Assembly: GCA_038213435.1 (NCBI GenBank)
Contig: JBBQTI010000007.1
Coordinates: forward strand, 16,729 to 80,728
Direction: 5' to 3'
Length of the DNA stretch: 64,000 bases
DNA from: Acidimicrobiia bacterium
Lineage (GTDB): Bacteria; Actinomycetota; Acidimicrobiia; IMCC26256; PALSA-610
The notes under the pieces were generated by a model. That model ran no database searches. It had not been told where the DNA came from and saw only the letters and a list, made by a program, of their open reading frames with translations. Both the position numbers and the translations under genes were made by a program. Numbering within the stretch: the stretch's first letter is position 1; every line of letters begins with the position of its first letter. Shown here one piece after another: positions 54,837 through 63,407 of the stretch.

Positions 54837-57608
54837 CTACGAATTGGGGCTGAGCCGGAGCGTCGCGATCTCGAAGGGCCGCAGCTCCAGCGCTCCTTCG
54901 AACGTTGCGACCGGTCGTCCGCGCAGGTCGACGACGAAGCCGCGCGCCGGCACGCCTTCGTGTTCCAGCGTCACCCGTCCGGTGTCGGGACCGGTGCGGA
55001 ACACGCGCACTACGAGCCCGCCGGGCACGCGATGAACCGCGGAAACCTCGGCGCCGTCGACACGCAACGCCGCGCCGGCACGGGGCCGGCTCGCGTCCGA
55101 ACCCGCGGCGAGGCGGGTCCGTTCCAGGGGGACCAGGAAGGCGTCGGCCGCGCCGTAGCAATCGGCCGCCCGCCAGTCGCCGGTGTGCAGCAACACCGCG
55201 TACTCCGCTCGCTGTTGTCCGGGCAGTTGCGGACCTGAGAGCGGACTGGGCGGGCCCGCCGGGTTCGGACGCAGTTGCGGCTCCGTGCGAGACAGGTAAC
55301 CCACGGCGCGCAAGAGGGTGAGCGCCAGCGCGTGGCCGCCGGCGACGACCTCGTACTCGAGGAGGCCGTCGTGGATCAGCGCGAGGCCGGCGGTGCCGTC
55401 GGACGCGTCGACGAACCGCCGCGACGGAAATGTCGGCAACCCGACCTCGTGCACGCCGCCTTCGGCAGTGAGCGCACGATGCACCACGGCGAACGCGCAT
55501 TCGGCGTCCGAGCCGTCGACCCGGGCCGGGAGCGGGAAGTGTGCCCGCAGCCGGTGGTCGCGGGCGCGATTGTCGATTTCGTGCGCGACGCGCAGGAACC
55601 GTTCCCCCGGTCGCAGCTCGAGCGTGGTGCGCACCGACGCGCGGACCATCTCCTCGCTTCGCCGGCTGCACGAGCGCTCGTCGCCGATCGCGAACGCCGG
55701 CCACGTGTATTCGGCCTGGATGGTGACCCGCGCCCGTACCGGCCCGGTTTCCGGCGTGTCGATGCGAACCGTGTCGGGTCGGTCGACGACGACGTCGTCG
55801 TCGGGCGGGGAGTAGTTGTAGGTGTCGCCGCCGTCTCCGTCGTCGACGAGCCGTCCGCATCCCGTGACGCGCAGACCGTCGGCGGCTTCGATGGCGTACG
55901 TGCCGTCGGTCGGATCGACGGTTATCCGCAAGTATTCGTTCGACAGCTCGTAACCGTGGCTCACCGTGGCGGCGGTGGCCCGTGCGGGGGCGGGAGCCGG
56001 GCCCTCGGCCGGAGTGAAGCACGACCAGCCGAAGCCGTCGATCTCACCGGCGTCGAACAGCACGTGGCGCACCGGCGCGATCTGCACTCGCACGCGCATT
56101 GTGTGACCGGCCTCGCCGAGCGCGAGCATCTGCTCCTTCAACTCGGCCAGGTCGACGCGTTCGTCGGCTCCGCGCGCTTCGTGCAGGACGATGTCGTGCT
56201 GGTCGCCCGCGCGTTGCCCGTCCGACACCTCGTAGGCGTGGATCTGGCGACCGGCGAACTCCGTGCCGCGCATCATGTCGAGCACCCACCGGACCTTCTG
56301 ACCGGTGACCATTGCCTGGAAGCCGTCATCGCCGACCTCGTCGAGCAGTTGTGCCGCGTGCGGCTCGCCGTCGGCACCCAGGAAGTGACACGGGCCGGTC
56401 CCGGGCACCCGCACATCGACGAGCCCGGAGCGCGCTCGAGAGGTCGAGTTCGCGACGACGGTCGCGCCTGCGGGCCCGCTCACGTGACCCGCCAGCGCGC
56501 GCATCGCGTCGTGCGTGAGACCGTCACCGATCTGGCGCGCTTCGTAGTAGCGAACCAGGACCTGGTCGACAACCTCGTCGCTGCTGCACGCGCACGACGA
56601 GTCGTGCGCGCTGTTCAACACGAGCTTGCGCCAGGCGATCTCGGCCAGCGCGTGCGGGTACTGCCCGCTGGGGACGAACAGCGCGGAAAGGGGCTCGGCC
56701 CGCCGTTCGAGCGATCGCTCGGCCGCTGCGCACGCCCGGTGCACGTCGACCCGGTTCGACCCGACACCCATCAGCAGGTTCGCCCGCGCGCCCGATCGCA
56801 GCTCACCGGCGACCGTCACGAGCCCGTCGGACGGCTGGTCGGCGAGGTACTCGGGCAGCGACGTGACCGCGAACTCGTACTCGTCCTGGACCGAATTTGC
56901 CTCGGCGACGACGCGCCCGAGCCACGGCTGCGGCATCTGATGATCCGTCCCGTTCATCAGCAACATGTCGTGCACGCGTGCCGGGCCGAGCTCGTGCTCG
57001 TAGTCGCGGGCGCGCAGCACCAGCCGTTTGGCGTCTTCGGGAATGTCGCGGCCGTTGGAGTACGAGCCGTAGAGGTACTCGGCACGCACGCGCGAACCGT
57101 CGGGCGCTTCCCACCAGAACGCGGTCTTCTCGACCGCGGCGGGCACGCCCCGCCAGACGACCGCGTGCTCGAAGCCCGCGAGCTGCAGCAGCTGGGGCAT
57201 CTGGGCGACGTGGCCGAACATGTCGGGGAGGTAGCCGACGTCCATGACTCCGCCGAGCTCGGAGCCTCTCGCGAGGCCGAACTGCAGATCGCGCACCATC
57301 GTCTCGCCCGACACCATGAACTCGTCCATGAGGACCATCCACGGGCCGATCGCGAGCCGGCCCGAGCTCGCGAGCCGTGCCAGCGCGGGCGCGGCCTCGG
57401 GACGAACGGCGAGGTAATCGTCGAGCACAGCGGTCTGGCCGTCGAGCAGGAACCGTGAGTACGACAAGTCGGATTCGAGCATCGGCAGCAGCGCATCGAG
57501 CAGCCGGACGAGACGCAGTCGGAACGTCTGGAAGGGCGAGTACCACTCGCGATCCCAGTGCGTGTGCGGGACGATGGCGACCCGGACTGGAGACCGGCGC
57601 GTAGGCAT
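54837..57608 (-). CDS. glycoside hydrolase family 38 alpha-mannosidase-like protein
   Basis: N-terminal VAIVPHTHWDREWY and YLPDMFGH motifs. 923 aa. Confidence 0.8.
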   Translation of the reverse strand: MPTRRSPVRVAIVPHTHWDREWYSPFQTFRLRLVRLLDALLPMLESDLSYSRFLLDGQTAVLDDYLAVRPEAAPALARLASSGRLAIGPWMVLMDEFMVSGETMVRDLQFGLARGSELGGVMDVGYLPDMFGHVAQMPQLLQLAGFEHAVVWRGVPAAVEKTAFWWEAPDGSRVRAEYLYGSYSNGRDIPEDAKRLVLRARDYEHELGPARVHDMLLMNGTDHQMPQPWLGRVVAEANSVQDEYEFAVTSLPEYLADQPSDGLVTVAGELRSGARANLLMGVGSNRVDVHRACAAAERSLERRAEPLSALFVPSGQYPHALAEIAWRKLVLNSAHDSSCACSSDEVVDQVLVRYYEARQIGDGLTHDAMRALAGHVSGPAGATVVANSTSRARSGLVDVRVPGTGPCHFLGADGEPHAAQLLDEVGDDGFQAMVTGQKVRWVLDMMRGTEFAGRQIHAYEVSDGQRAGDQHDIVLHEARGADERVDLAELKEQMLALGEAGHTMRVRVQIAPVRHVLFDAGEIDGFGWSCFTPAEGPAPAPARATAATVSHGYELSNEYLRITVDPTDGTYAIEAADGLRVTGCGRLVDDGDGGDTYNYSPPDDDVVVDRPDTVRIDTPETGPVRARVTIQAEYTWPAFAIGDERSCSRRSEEMVRASVRTTLELRPGERFLRVAHEIDNRARDHRLRAHFPLPARVDGSDAECAFAVVHRALTAEGGVHEVGLPTFPSRRFVDASDGTAGLALIHDGLLEYEVVAGGHALALTLLRAVGYLSRTEPQLRPNPAGPPSPLSGPQLPGQQRAEYAVLLHTGDWRAADCYGAADAFLVPLERTRLAAGSDASRPRAGAALRVDGAEVSAVHRVPGGLVVRVFRTGPDTGRVTLEHEGVPARGFVVDLRGRPVATFEGALELRPFEIATLRLSPNS

Positions 57609-57656
57609 GATTTCGACGCTAGTAGCGCCGAGGCGGGCGGGGTGGCGGATACGAGG

Positions 57657-58352
57657 TCACTCCGGGCTCTCCTCGCCCGCGATCCAGCGGTAGCCGATAC
57701 CCGGCTCGGTCAGGATGAGCCGCGGGTGGGCGGCGTCGTCGCCGAGCTTCTTGCGGAGCTGGCCGACGTAGACGCGGAGGTAGTTGCTCTCGCTCCCGTA
57801 GCCCTGGCCCCACACCTCGCGCAGCAGGTACTCCTGCGTCAGCAGCTTGCCCGGGTGGCCGACGAGCAACTCGAGCAACGCGAGCTCGGTGCGCGTCAGG
57901 TGAACGGGGAGGTCGTCGCGGGTCACCCGCCGGCGCGCGATGTCGATCTCGACGCCATCGACGCGCACGAGCGTGGGCGTCGGGCTCGATTGCGGAACGC
58001 GGCGCAGGGTTGCGCGGACCCGCGCGAGCAGCTCCTCGGTGTCGAAGGGTTTCGTGACGTAGTCGTCGGCACCGGCGTCGAGCGCTCGGATCTTTTCCGA
58101 TTGTTGATGGTGCGCGGTAAGGACGATGACCGGCATCGTGGAGAACGCTCGCACGCGTCGCAGCACCTCGAGACCGTCGATGTCGGGGAGTCCGAGGTCG
58201 AGCACGAGGAGGTCGGGCGCGCCGCTCGAAGCCACGACGATCGCCTCCTCGCCCGTGGCGACGTCGAGCACGTCGAGATCGCGGCTGCGCATCATCGTGC
58301 GGAGCGCGCGCCTCAGCGCGGGATCGTCCTCGACGAGCAGGATCGTGGTCAC
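57657..58352 (-). CDS. OmpR-family response regulator (KdpE-like)
   Basis: ILLVEDD...LLVLDLGLPDIDG...DDYVTKPF receiver, plus a winged-helix C-terminus (LTRTELALLELL...GYRW). The GTG overlaps the kinase stop. Confidence 0.85.
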   Translation of the reverse strand: MTTILLVEDDPALRRALRTMMRSRDLDVLDVATGEEAIVVASSGAPDLLVLDLGLPDIDGLEVLRRVRAFSTMPVIVLTAHHQQSEKIRALDAGADDYVTKPFDTEELLARVRATLRRVPQSSPTPTLVRVDGVEIDIARRRVTRDDLPVHLTRTELALLELLVGHPGKLLTQEYLLREVWGQGYGSESNYLRVYVGQLRKKLGDDAAHPRLILTEPGIGYRWIAGEESPE

Positions 58353-59761
58353 GCGGCCGGCGCCTCCCGCGGAAACGTACATACGAACGTGGCGCCCCCG
58401 CCCGGCGTGTCCTCGTAGCGGACCGAGCCTCCATGCGCGACGACCAGGGCTCGTACGATGGCGAGACCGAGACCCGTGCCGCTGCGATCGGGGCGGGTCT
58501 CGGCACTCTGGAACTCTTCGAAGATCAGGTCGCGGGCCTCGGGCGGCACACCAGGACCGTGATCGGAGACTCGCAGCTCGATCTCGTCGTCATCCCGCCC
58601 ACCCACGTGGGCACCGACGGCGATTTCCGAGCCGGGCGGTGCGAAGCGCAGCGCGTTCTCCAACAGGTTGAGCAGGATCTGCTCGGCCATCGTGACGTCG
58701 AGAGACACCGGCGGCAGGTCGTCGTCGACGTCGAGCCGAACCCGGTGCGCCCGCGCGATCGGTCGCAGCCTGCGCACGGCGTGCTGCACGAGATCGGCGA
58801 TGTCGACGCGCTCGGGCGCGATGTCGAGCGCGCCGGCACGGATGCGGCTCAGCTCGAGTGTGTTGCGCACGAGGCGCTCCAGTCGTTCGGACTCGTCGGA
58901 GATCGTCTCGAGGAGCTCGCGCCGTTCCTCGGGCTCGATGCGCGACCACGACGCGAGCAGCGTGCCGGCGGCCGCTTTCACCGCCGTCAGCGGTGTTCGC
59001 AGGTTGTGGCTGACGGCCGAGAGAAATCCGGCGCGCTGGCGCCCGACCTCGGCGGCGAGCCGCGCCTCGCGCACCTCCTCTTGGAGGCGCAGCCGGTCGA
59101 CACGCCCGGCGACGAGTGCTTCGAGCAGCTCGCGGTCGGGAGGCGTGAGCCGCTCTTGCGCGCGCGCGAGCAAGGTGACGCCGGGGCCGTCGACGCGTAC
59201 GTTCGCGCGCGCGGGCTCGTCGGCCGCCGCGAGTGGTTCACCCGCCGTGAGGGTGCACGCTTCGAACGCGAAGAGCGCGCCAAGCGCGTCCGCGGCGCTG
59301 TGCAGCGCGTCGTCGACGTCGGCGCCCGTCAGCAACCGGTTCGTCAAGTCGAGACGCACCTTGGCCTCGGCCTCGCGCTGGAGTGCAGTGCGGCGCAGGG
59401 TCGACAAGCGTTGCACCGTCCAGCCGACCAGCGCCGCCGACGCCGCGAAGACGGCGAGCGCGACGACATCGTCGGTCCGGTGGATCTTGAACGATCCGGT
59501 CGGCTCGGTGAAGAGCCAGTTCAACGCCAGGAACCCGACGATCGCCGCCGCGATCCCCGACGGCAAGCCGAGCGTGCCGACGGCGAGAACGGTGACGAGC
59601 AGGAGGAGCGCGGCCTCCGTGAGGTCGGCCTGCGCGGCGCGTGCGCCGCCTGCGACCGCAGCGACGGCGATCACGGCGAGCATCACCCGGATCACTGAAC
59701 GCTCGCGTGTGCGCATCTCGGCCGACACGATCGCACGGATCCCGCGTCCGAGCTGGATCAT
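58349..59761 (-). CDS. sensor histidine kinase, KdpD C-terminal-half type (DUF4118 membrane domain, GAF-like, HisKA, HATPase)
   Basis: H-box FLSAVSHNLRTPL, N-box LLNLLENALRF, G-boxes DHGPGVP and GTGLGLAIV. The N-terminal membrane segments resemble the KdpD TM module. No KdpD N-terminal/Usp domain is present. Confidence 0.8.
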   Translation of the reverse strand: MIQLGRGIRAIVSAEMRTRERSVIRVMLAVIAVAAVAGGARAAQADLTEAALLLLVTVLAVGTLGLPSGIAAAIVGFLALNWLFTEPTGSFKIHRTDDVVALAVFAASAALVGWTVQRLSTLRRTALQREAEAKVRLDLTNRLLTGADVDDALHSAADALGALFAFEACTLTAGEPLAAADEPARANVRVDGPGVTLLARAQERLTPPDRELLEALVAGRVDRLRLQEEVREARLAAEVGRQRAGFLSAVSHNLRTPLTAVKAAAGTLLASWSRIEPEERRELLETISDESERLERLVRNTLELSRIRAGALDIAPERVDIADLVQHAVRRLRPIARAHRVRLDVDDDLPPVSLDVTMAEQILLNLLENALRFAPPGSEIAVGAHVGGRDDDEIELRVSDHGPGVPPEARDLIFEEFQSAETRPDRSGTGLGLAIVRALVVAHGGSVRYEDTPGGGATFVCTFPREAPAA

Positions 59762-59800
59762 CGCGCCGCCGCCCTCGGTACCGGATTAGCCTCCGCCCCC

Positions 59801-60094
59801 ATGCCCATGTACGCGATGCTCTCCACCCTCGGTCCGGGCGGCTGGGAGACCCTGCGCGAGAAGCCGGATCGCATCCGCGAGGTCGCCTCCGAAGTGGAAG
59901 CGCTCGGTCTGAAGGTGCACGCCCAGTACGCGCTCATGGGTCAGTACGACTTCTTGAACATTCTCGAAGCGCCGGACGAGCAGACGATGGCGAAGGCCGC
60001 GATCATGCTGGCGTCCCGCGGCACGATGCGAACCACGACCCTGCCCGCGATCCCGGTGGATCAATTGATCGCCCGCTTGAAGGCGGACGGCTAG
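59801..60094 (+). CDS. GYD domain-containing protein
   Basis: MPMYAMLSTLGPGGWETLREKP...ALMGQYDFLNILEAPDE is the GYD family signature. Confidence 0.7.
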   Translation: MPMYAMLSTLGPGGWETLREKPDRIREVASEVEALGLKVHAQYALMGQYDFLNILEAPDEQTMAKAAIMLASRGTMRTTTLPAIPVDQLIARLKADG

Positions 60095-60110
60095 CGCCGC
60101 ACCCGCTTGG

Positions 60111-60368
60111 TCAGGCGATCCACCAGGTGCTACGGCGGTTCTCCTCGCGCAGGTCGGCCTCGGCAAACTTCACCGGGAGGATCGAACCGTCCGAGCGGCG
60201 GCGGACGTTGTACATCACCTCGCCGCGGCCGTCGGTGGCGGCCTGCTCGGCGACCTCGAATCCGCGTGTCCACTTCGACTCGAAGCGGCTCCGGACCTCG
60301 ACGCGGGTGCCGGGTCTCACCACCTCATCGTACGGCGCGTGTCCAGGCGTCCTGACGTGCCGAAACAC
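60111..60368 (-). CDS. hypothetical small protein (85 aa)
   Basis: GC3-rich ORF with no motif recognised. Convergent with the GYD gene. Confidence 0.45.
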   Translation of the reverse strand: MFRHVRTPGHAPYDEVVRPGTRVEVRSRFESKWTRGFEVAEQAATDGRGEVMYNVRRRSDGSILPVKFAEADLREENRRSTWWIA

Positions 60369-60380
60369 GAACCGCGCGAC

Positions 60381-61097
60381 GTGAGGCGAGTAGCGTCACC
60401 CGCTGTGATCGCGCCGTATCCGACGCTTCGGGTGGAGCGGAAATGCTGGGCGGCGGGCGACCGAATCGTGGTCGGAATCGACGAGGTCGGGCGCGGGTCG
60501 TGGGCCGGTCCGGTGACGGTCGCCGCGGTCGTGCCCGGCGACAAGCACCTGATCGGCGTGCGCGATTCGAAGCTGTTGACGCCCGGCGAACGCGAGATCG
60601 CGGCCGCGCGCGTGCGCGCTTGGGCGCGCGGGATCGGCGTGGGGCACGCCACCCACGAGGAGTGCGATCTCGTCGGCATGACCGAGGCGCAACGGCGCGC
60701 CGCGAACCGGGCACTCGCTCAGCTCGCCGCACAGGGATTCGAGCCCGACCGGATCGTGCTCGACGGCAAGCACGACTACCTCGGGCTGCCGCGCGTCGTC
60801 CGCACGATTGTGAAGGGCGACCAGACGGTGCTCTCGGTCGCGGCCGCGTCGGTGGTCGCGAAGACGACGCGCGATGCGATCATGGCCGACGAGTCCGAGC
60901 ACTATCCGGCCTATGGGTTCGAGTCGAACCGCGGCTATCCCGCACCCCAACACAAGTGCGCGCTCGCGGGATACGGGCCGTCGGCGATCCACCGGCGCTC
61001 GTGGATCTTCATGGAATACTGCCTGTGGGGCGGGATCCCGCGCTTCGACCGCCAGCCGAGCCTCTTCTCGGGTGCGCTCGGTGCCCTCGGTGCCTGA
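60381..61097 (+). CDS. rnhB: ribonuclease HII
   Basis: [45 protein letters not shown]. The start is GTG 60381 or 60405. Confidence 0.9.
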   Translation: MRRVASPAVIAPYPTLRVERKCWAAGDRIVVGIDEVGRGSWAGPVTVAAVVPGDKHLIGVRDSKLLTPGEREIAAARVRAWARGIGVGHATHEECDLVGMTEAQRRAANRALAQLAAQGFEPDRIVLDGKHDYLGLPRVVRTIVKGDQTVLSVAAASVVAKTTRDAIMADESEHYPAYGFESNRGYPAPQHKCALAGYGPSAIHRRSWIFMEYCLWGGIPRFDRQPSLFSGALGALGA

Positions 61098-62676
61098 CGT
61101 CTGGGACGCGCTCTCGCGGCATGCCACAGCGATGCGCGAGCGCACGGTTCGCCAGTTGTTCGTGGAGGAGCGCGACCGGGACCGAATGCACGTCGAGGCC
61201 GCGGGTTGGTACCTCGACTACGCCAAACACCGGGTGCGTTCCGAGACGCTGCGCCTGTTGCGCGATCTTGCCGTAGCGCGGGGACTTCGGGAGCGCATCG
61301 ACGCGATGTTCCGAGGCGAGCACGTCAACGTCACCGAGGACCGCGCCGTGTTGCACGTCGCGCTGCGGATGCCGGCCGACGCGCAGCTCCTCGTCGACGG
61401 TGTGGATGTCGTGGCCGAGGTGCAGCGCGTGCTGAAGCAGATGTCGGAGTTCGCGGCGTCGATCCGCGACGGCAGCCGGATCGGTCACACCGGCCGAGTG
61501 ATTCGCAACGTCGTGAACATCGGCATCGGTGGCAGTGACCTCGGGCCGGCGATGGCCTACGACGCGCTGCGCGCCTACAGCCGGCGAGAGATGCAGTTCC
61601 GGTTCGTGTCGAACGTCGACGGCGCGGATCTCGTTGAGGCGCTCTACGGGTTGGACGCGGCCGAGACGTTGTTCGTCGTGTCGTCCAAGACGTTCACGAC
61701 ACTCGAGACGCTCACCAACGCGCGGGCGGCGCGCGCGTGGTTGGTCACCGCCTTGGGCGGCGACGTTGCCGCGGTGTCACGGCATTTCGTCGCAGTGTCG
61801 ACAAACGGGGTGAAGGTAGCCGAGTTCGGCATCGACACTACCGATATGTTCGAGTTCTGGGACTGGGTGGGTGGTCGCTATTCGATGTGGTCCGCAATCG
61901 GATTGTCGCTGATGCTCGCGATCGGTCCGGACAACTTCCGCGAGCTGCTCGCCGGCGCGCACGCGATGGACGAGCACTTCCGCACTGCGCCGTTCGACGC
62001 GAACCTGCCGGTGCACTTGGCGTTGCTCGCCCTTTGGTACCGCGACTTTCTCGATGCGCAGACGCAGGCAGTTGTTCCGTACGCGCAAGCGTTGGTGAAG
62101 TTGCCCGCCTACCTGCAACAACTCGAGATGGAGAGCAACGGCAAGTCGGTGCGCACCGACGGTTCGCGCGTCGACACGCCCACGGGCGAGATCGTATGGG
62201 GCACCGTCGGAACGAACGGTCAGCACGCCTACTTCCAGCTCTTGCATCAGGGCACGACGACGGTGCCGATCGACTTCATCGGATTCGATCACCCGCAGCC
62301 CGGTCACGAGCTCGGCGAACAGCAAGACCTCCTCGTTGCGAATCTGTTCGCGCAGGCCGAAGCGCTCGCGTTCGGTACCGACGATCCGGCGCTGCCGCCC
62401 TACCGGGTCATGCCTGGGAACCGGCCGTCGTCGACGTTGATGTCGTCGCAACTCACACCGTTCGCGTTGGGGGCGCTGATCGCCGCGTACGAGCACAAGG
62501 TGATGACGCTCGGCACGATCTGGGGCATCGATTCGTTCGATCAGTGGGGGGTCGAGCTCGGCAAGGTGCTCGCGCAGCGCATCGCGTCGGAGATCGCGGC
62601 GCCGCGCGACACCGATCTCGCGCACGACCCTTCGACCAACGCGCTGATCCGGCGCTATCGGGGGCGTTCCTCCTAG
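61081..62676 (+). CDS. pgi: glucose-6-phosphate isomerase
   Basis: [54 protein letters not shown]. The GTG start (61081 or 61090) overlaps the rnhB 3' end. Confidence 0.9.
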   Translation: MPSVPDVWDALSRHATAMRERTVRQLFVEERDRDRMHVEAAGWYLDYAKHRVRSETLRLLRDLAVARGLRERIDAMFRGEHVNVTEDRAVLHVALRMPADAQLLVDGVDVVAEVQRVLKQMSEFAASIRDGSRIGHTGRVIRNVVNIGIGGSDLGPAMAYDALRAYSRREMQFRFVSNVDGADLVEALYGLDAAETLFVVSSKTFTTLETLTNARAARAWLVTALGGDVAAVSRHFVAVSTNGVKVAEFGIDTTDMFEFWDWVGGRYSMWSAIGLSLMLAIGPDNFRELLAGAHAMDEHFRTAPFDANLPVHLALLALWYRDFLDAQTQAVVPYAQALVKLPAYLQQLEMESNGKSVRTDGSRVDTPTGEIVWGTVGTNGQHAYFQLLHQGTTTVPIDFIGFDHPQPGHELGEQQDLLVANLFAQAEALAFGTDDPALPPYRVMPGNRPSSTLMSSQLTPFALGALIAAYEHKVMTLGTIWGIDSFDQWGVELGKVLAQRIASEIAAPRDTDLAHDPSTNALIRRYRGRSS

Positions 62677-62685
62677 GCTGACGCG

Positions 62686-63042
62686 ATGGGTCAGCCGATC
62701 ACGGTGACAGTGCGCGGAGGTGCGTCGCCCGACGTTCGCTTCTTCGAGTGCGATCGTTCGCTCACTGGCATGGCCATCGAGGTGTACACCGCAGATCCCG
62801 TGGCGGTCGTCTCCGGGGCCAGGCCGCCCGACGTGCTGGCACGGCGGCTGCTCGATGCGGGTGCGTTCAAGGTGACGATCTACTCCAACGTCGTGACCGT
62901 CGAGGCGCCGCCCGAGGCCTGGGCCGAGCTGGAGCCCAGGGTGACGCACACGATCGAGCACCTCTTCGAGTTCTACGGCGACGAAGCCGGCTGGTCGTTC
63001 GACGCCCGCGGCGTCGAGCCCGAGATCTCCAAGATCCAGTAG
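62686..63042 (+). CDS. small protein with an Nfu/NifU-N-terminal-like fold (tentative)
   Basis: 118 aa. The pattern PDVRFFECDRSLTG...LARRLLDAGAFKVTIYSNVVTVEAPPEAW loosely resembles Nfu_N scaffolds. Confidence 0.5.
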   Translation: MGQPITVTVRGGASPDVRFFECDRSLTGMAIEVYTADPVAVVSGARPPDVLARRLLDAGAFKVTIYSNVVTVEAPPEAWAELEPRVTHTIEHLFEFYGDEAGWSFDARGVEPEISKIQ

Positions 63043-63071
63043 CCCGAATTCTCGGTCGGTCTCCCGCGCAC

Positions 63072-63177
63072 GTTGTTCAGGCTGCCGCGGATAGGCGGTA
63101 GGTGCGCAGCTTCAGGGTCTCGTCGGATCTGAAGGCGTCAACACCTTCAGTCTCCAAGGAGACCCGGCCTGAACAAC
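63072..63177 (+). other. nested inverted-repeat element (candidate structured RNA or mobile-element end) in a locally lower-GC spacer
   Basis: Outer 11-bp perfect arms GTTGTTCAGGC (63072-63082) / GCCTGAACAAC (63167-63177). Inner GGGTCTC (63115-63121) / GAGACCC (63159-63165). Innermost CTGAAGG (63129-63135) / CCTTCAG (63144-63150). CTTCAG at 63110-63115 can pair alternatively with 63129-63134. Confidence 0.5.
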
Positions 63178-63253
63178 ATCATCAGGAACTACAGCTAGCG
63201 CGGGCGACAGCACCGCTGCTAGCGCGGGTGCTAGCTATAAAACTGACGGAGGT

Positions 63254-63350
63254 TGTTTACATCTGGGTCTCTCATGCATCAGCCGCCAGGTCTTCTACAA
63301 GTGGCGCCGTCGCTTCGAAGAGGGCGGCGAAGAGGGCGCCCAAGTTTTGG
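63254..63350 (+). mobile_element. remnant of an IS-family transposase N-terminal HTH (IS3/IS481-like); no start codon
   Basis: The frame containing 63278 reads ...CLHLGLSCISRQVFYKWRRRFEEGGEEGAQVLDQCRPP. This resembles the '(L)G(I/V)SRxTxYKWxxRxxxxGxxGLxDRSRRP' HTH of IS transposases. The open frame from 63173 has no ATG/GTG start, so it is a relic. Confidence 0.3.
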
Positions 63351-63380
63351 ACCAATGCCGGCCACCGGCTCTTGCAGGGG

Positions 63381-63394
63381 CGAACATATGTTCG
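63381..63394. promoter_or_regulatory. actinobacterial LexA (SOS) box
   Basis: CGAACATATGTTCG is a perfect palindrome matching TCGAAC-N4-GTTCGA in 14 of 16 positions. It lies 14 nt upstream of the GTG of the imuA'-like ORF. TATCTT (63396-63401) between the box and the GTG could be a -10 element for a leaderless transcript. Confidence 0.7.
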
Positions 63395-63407
63395 CTATCT
63401 TCACAGG

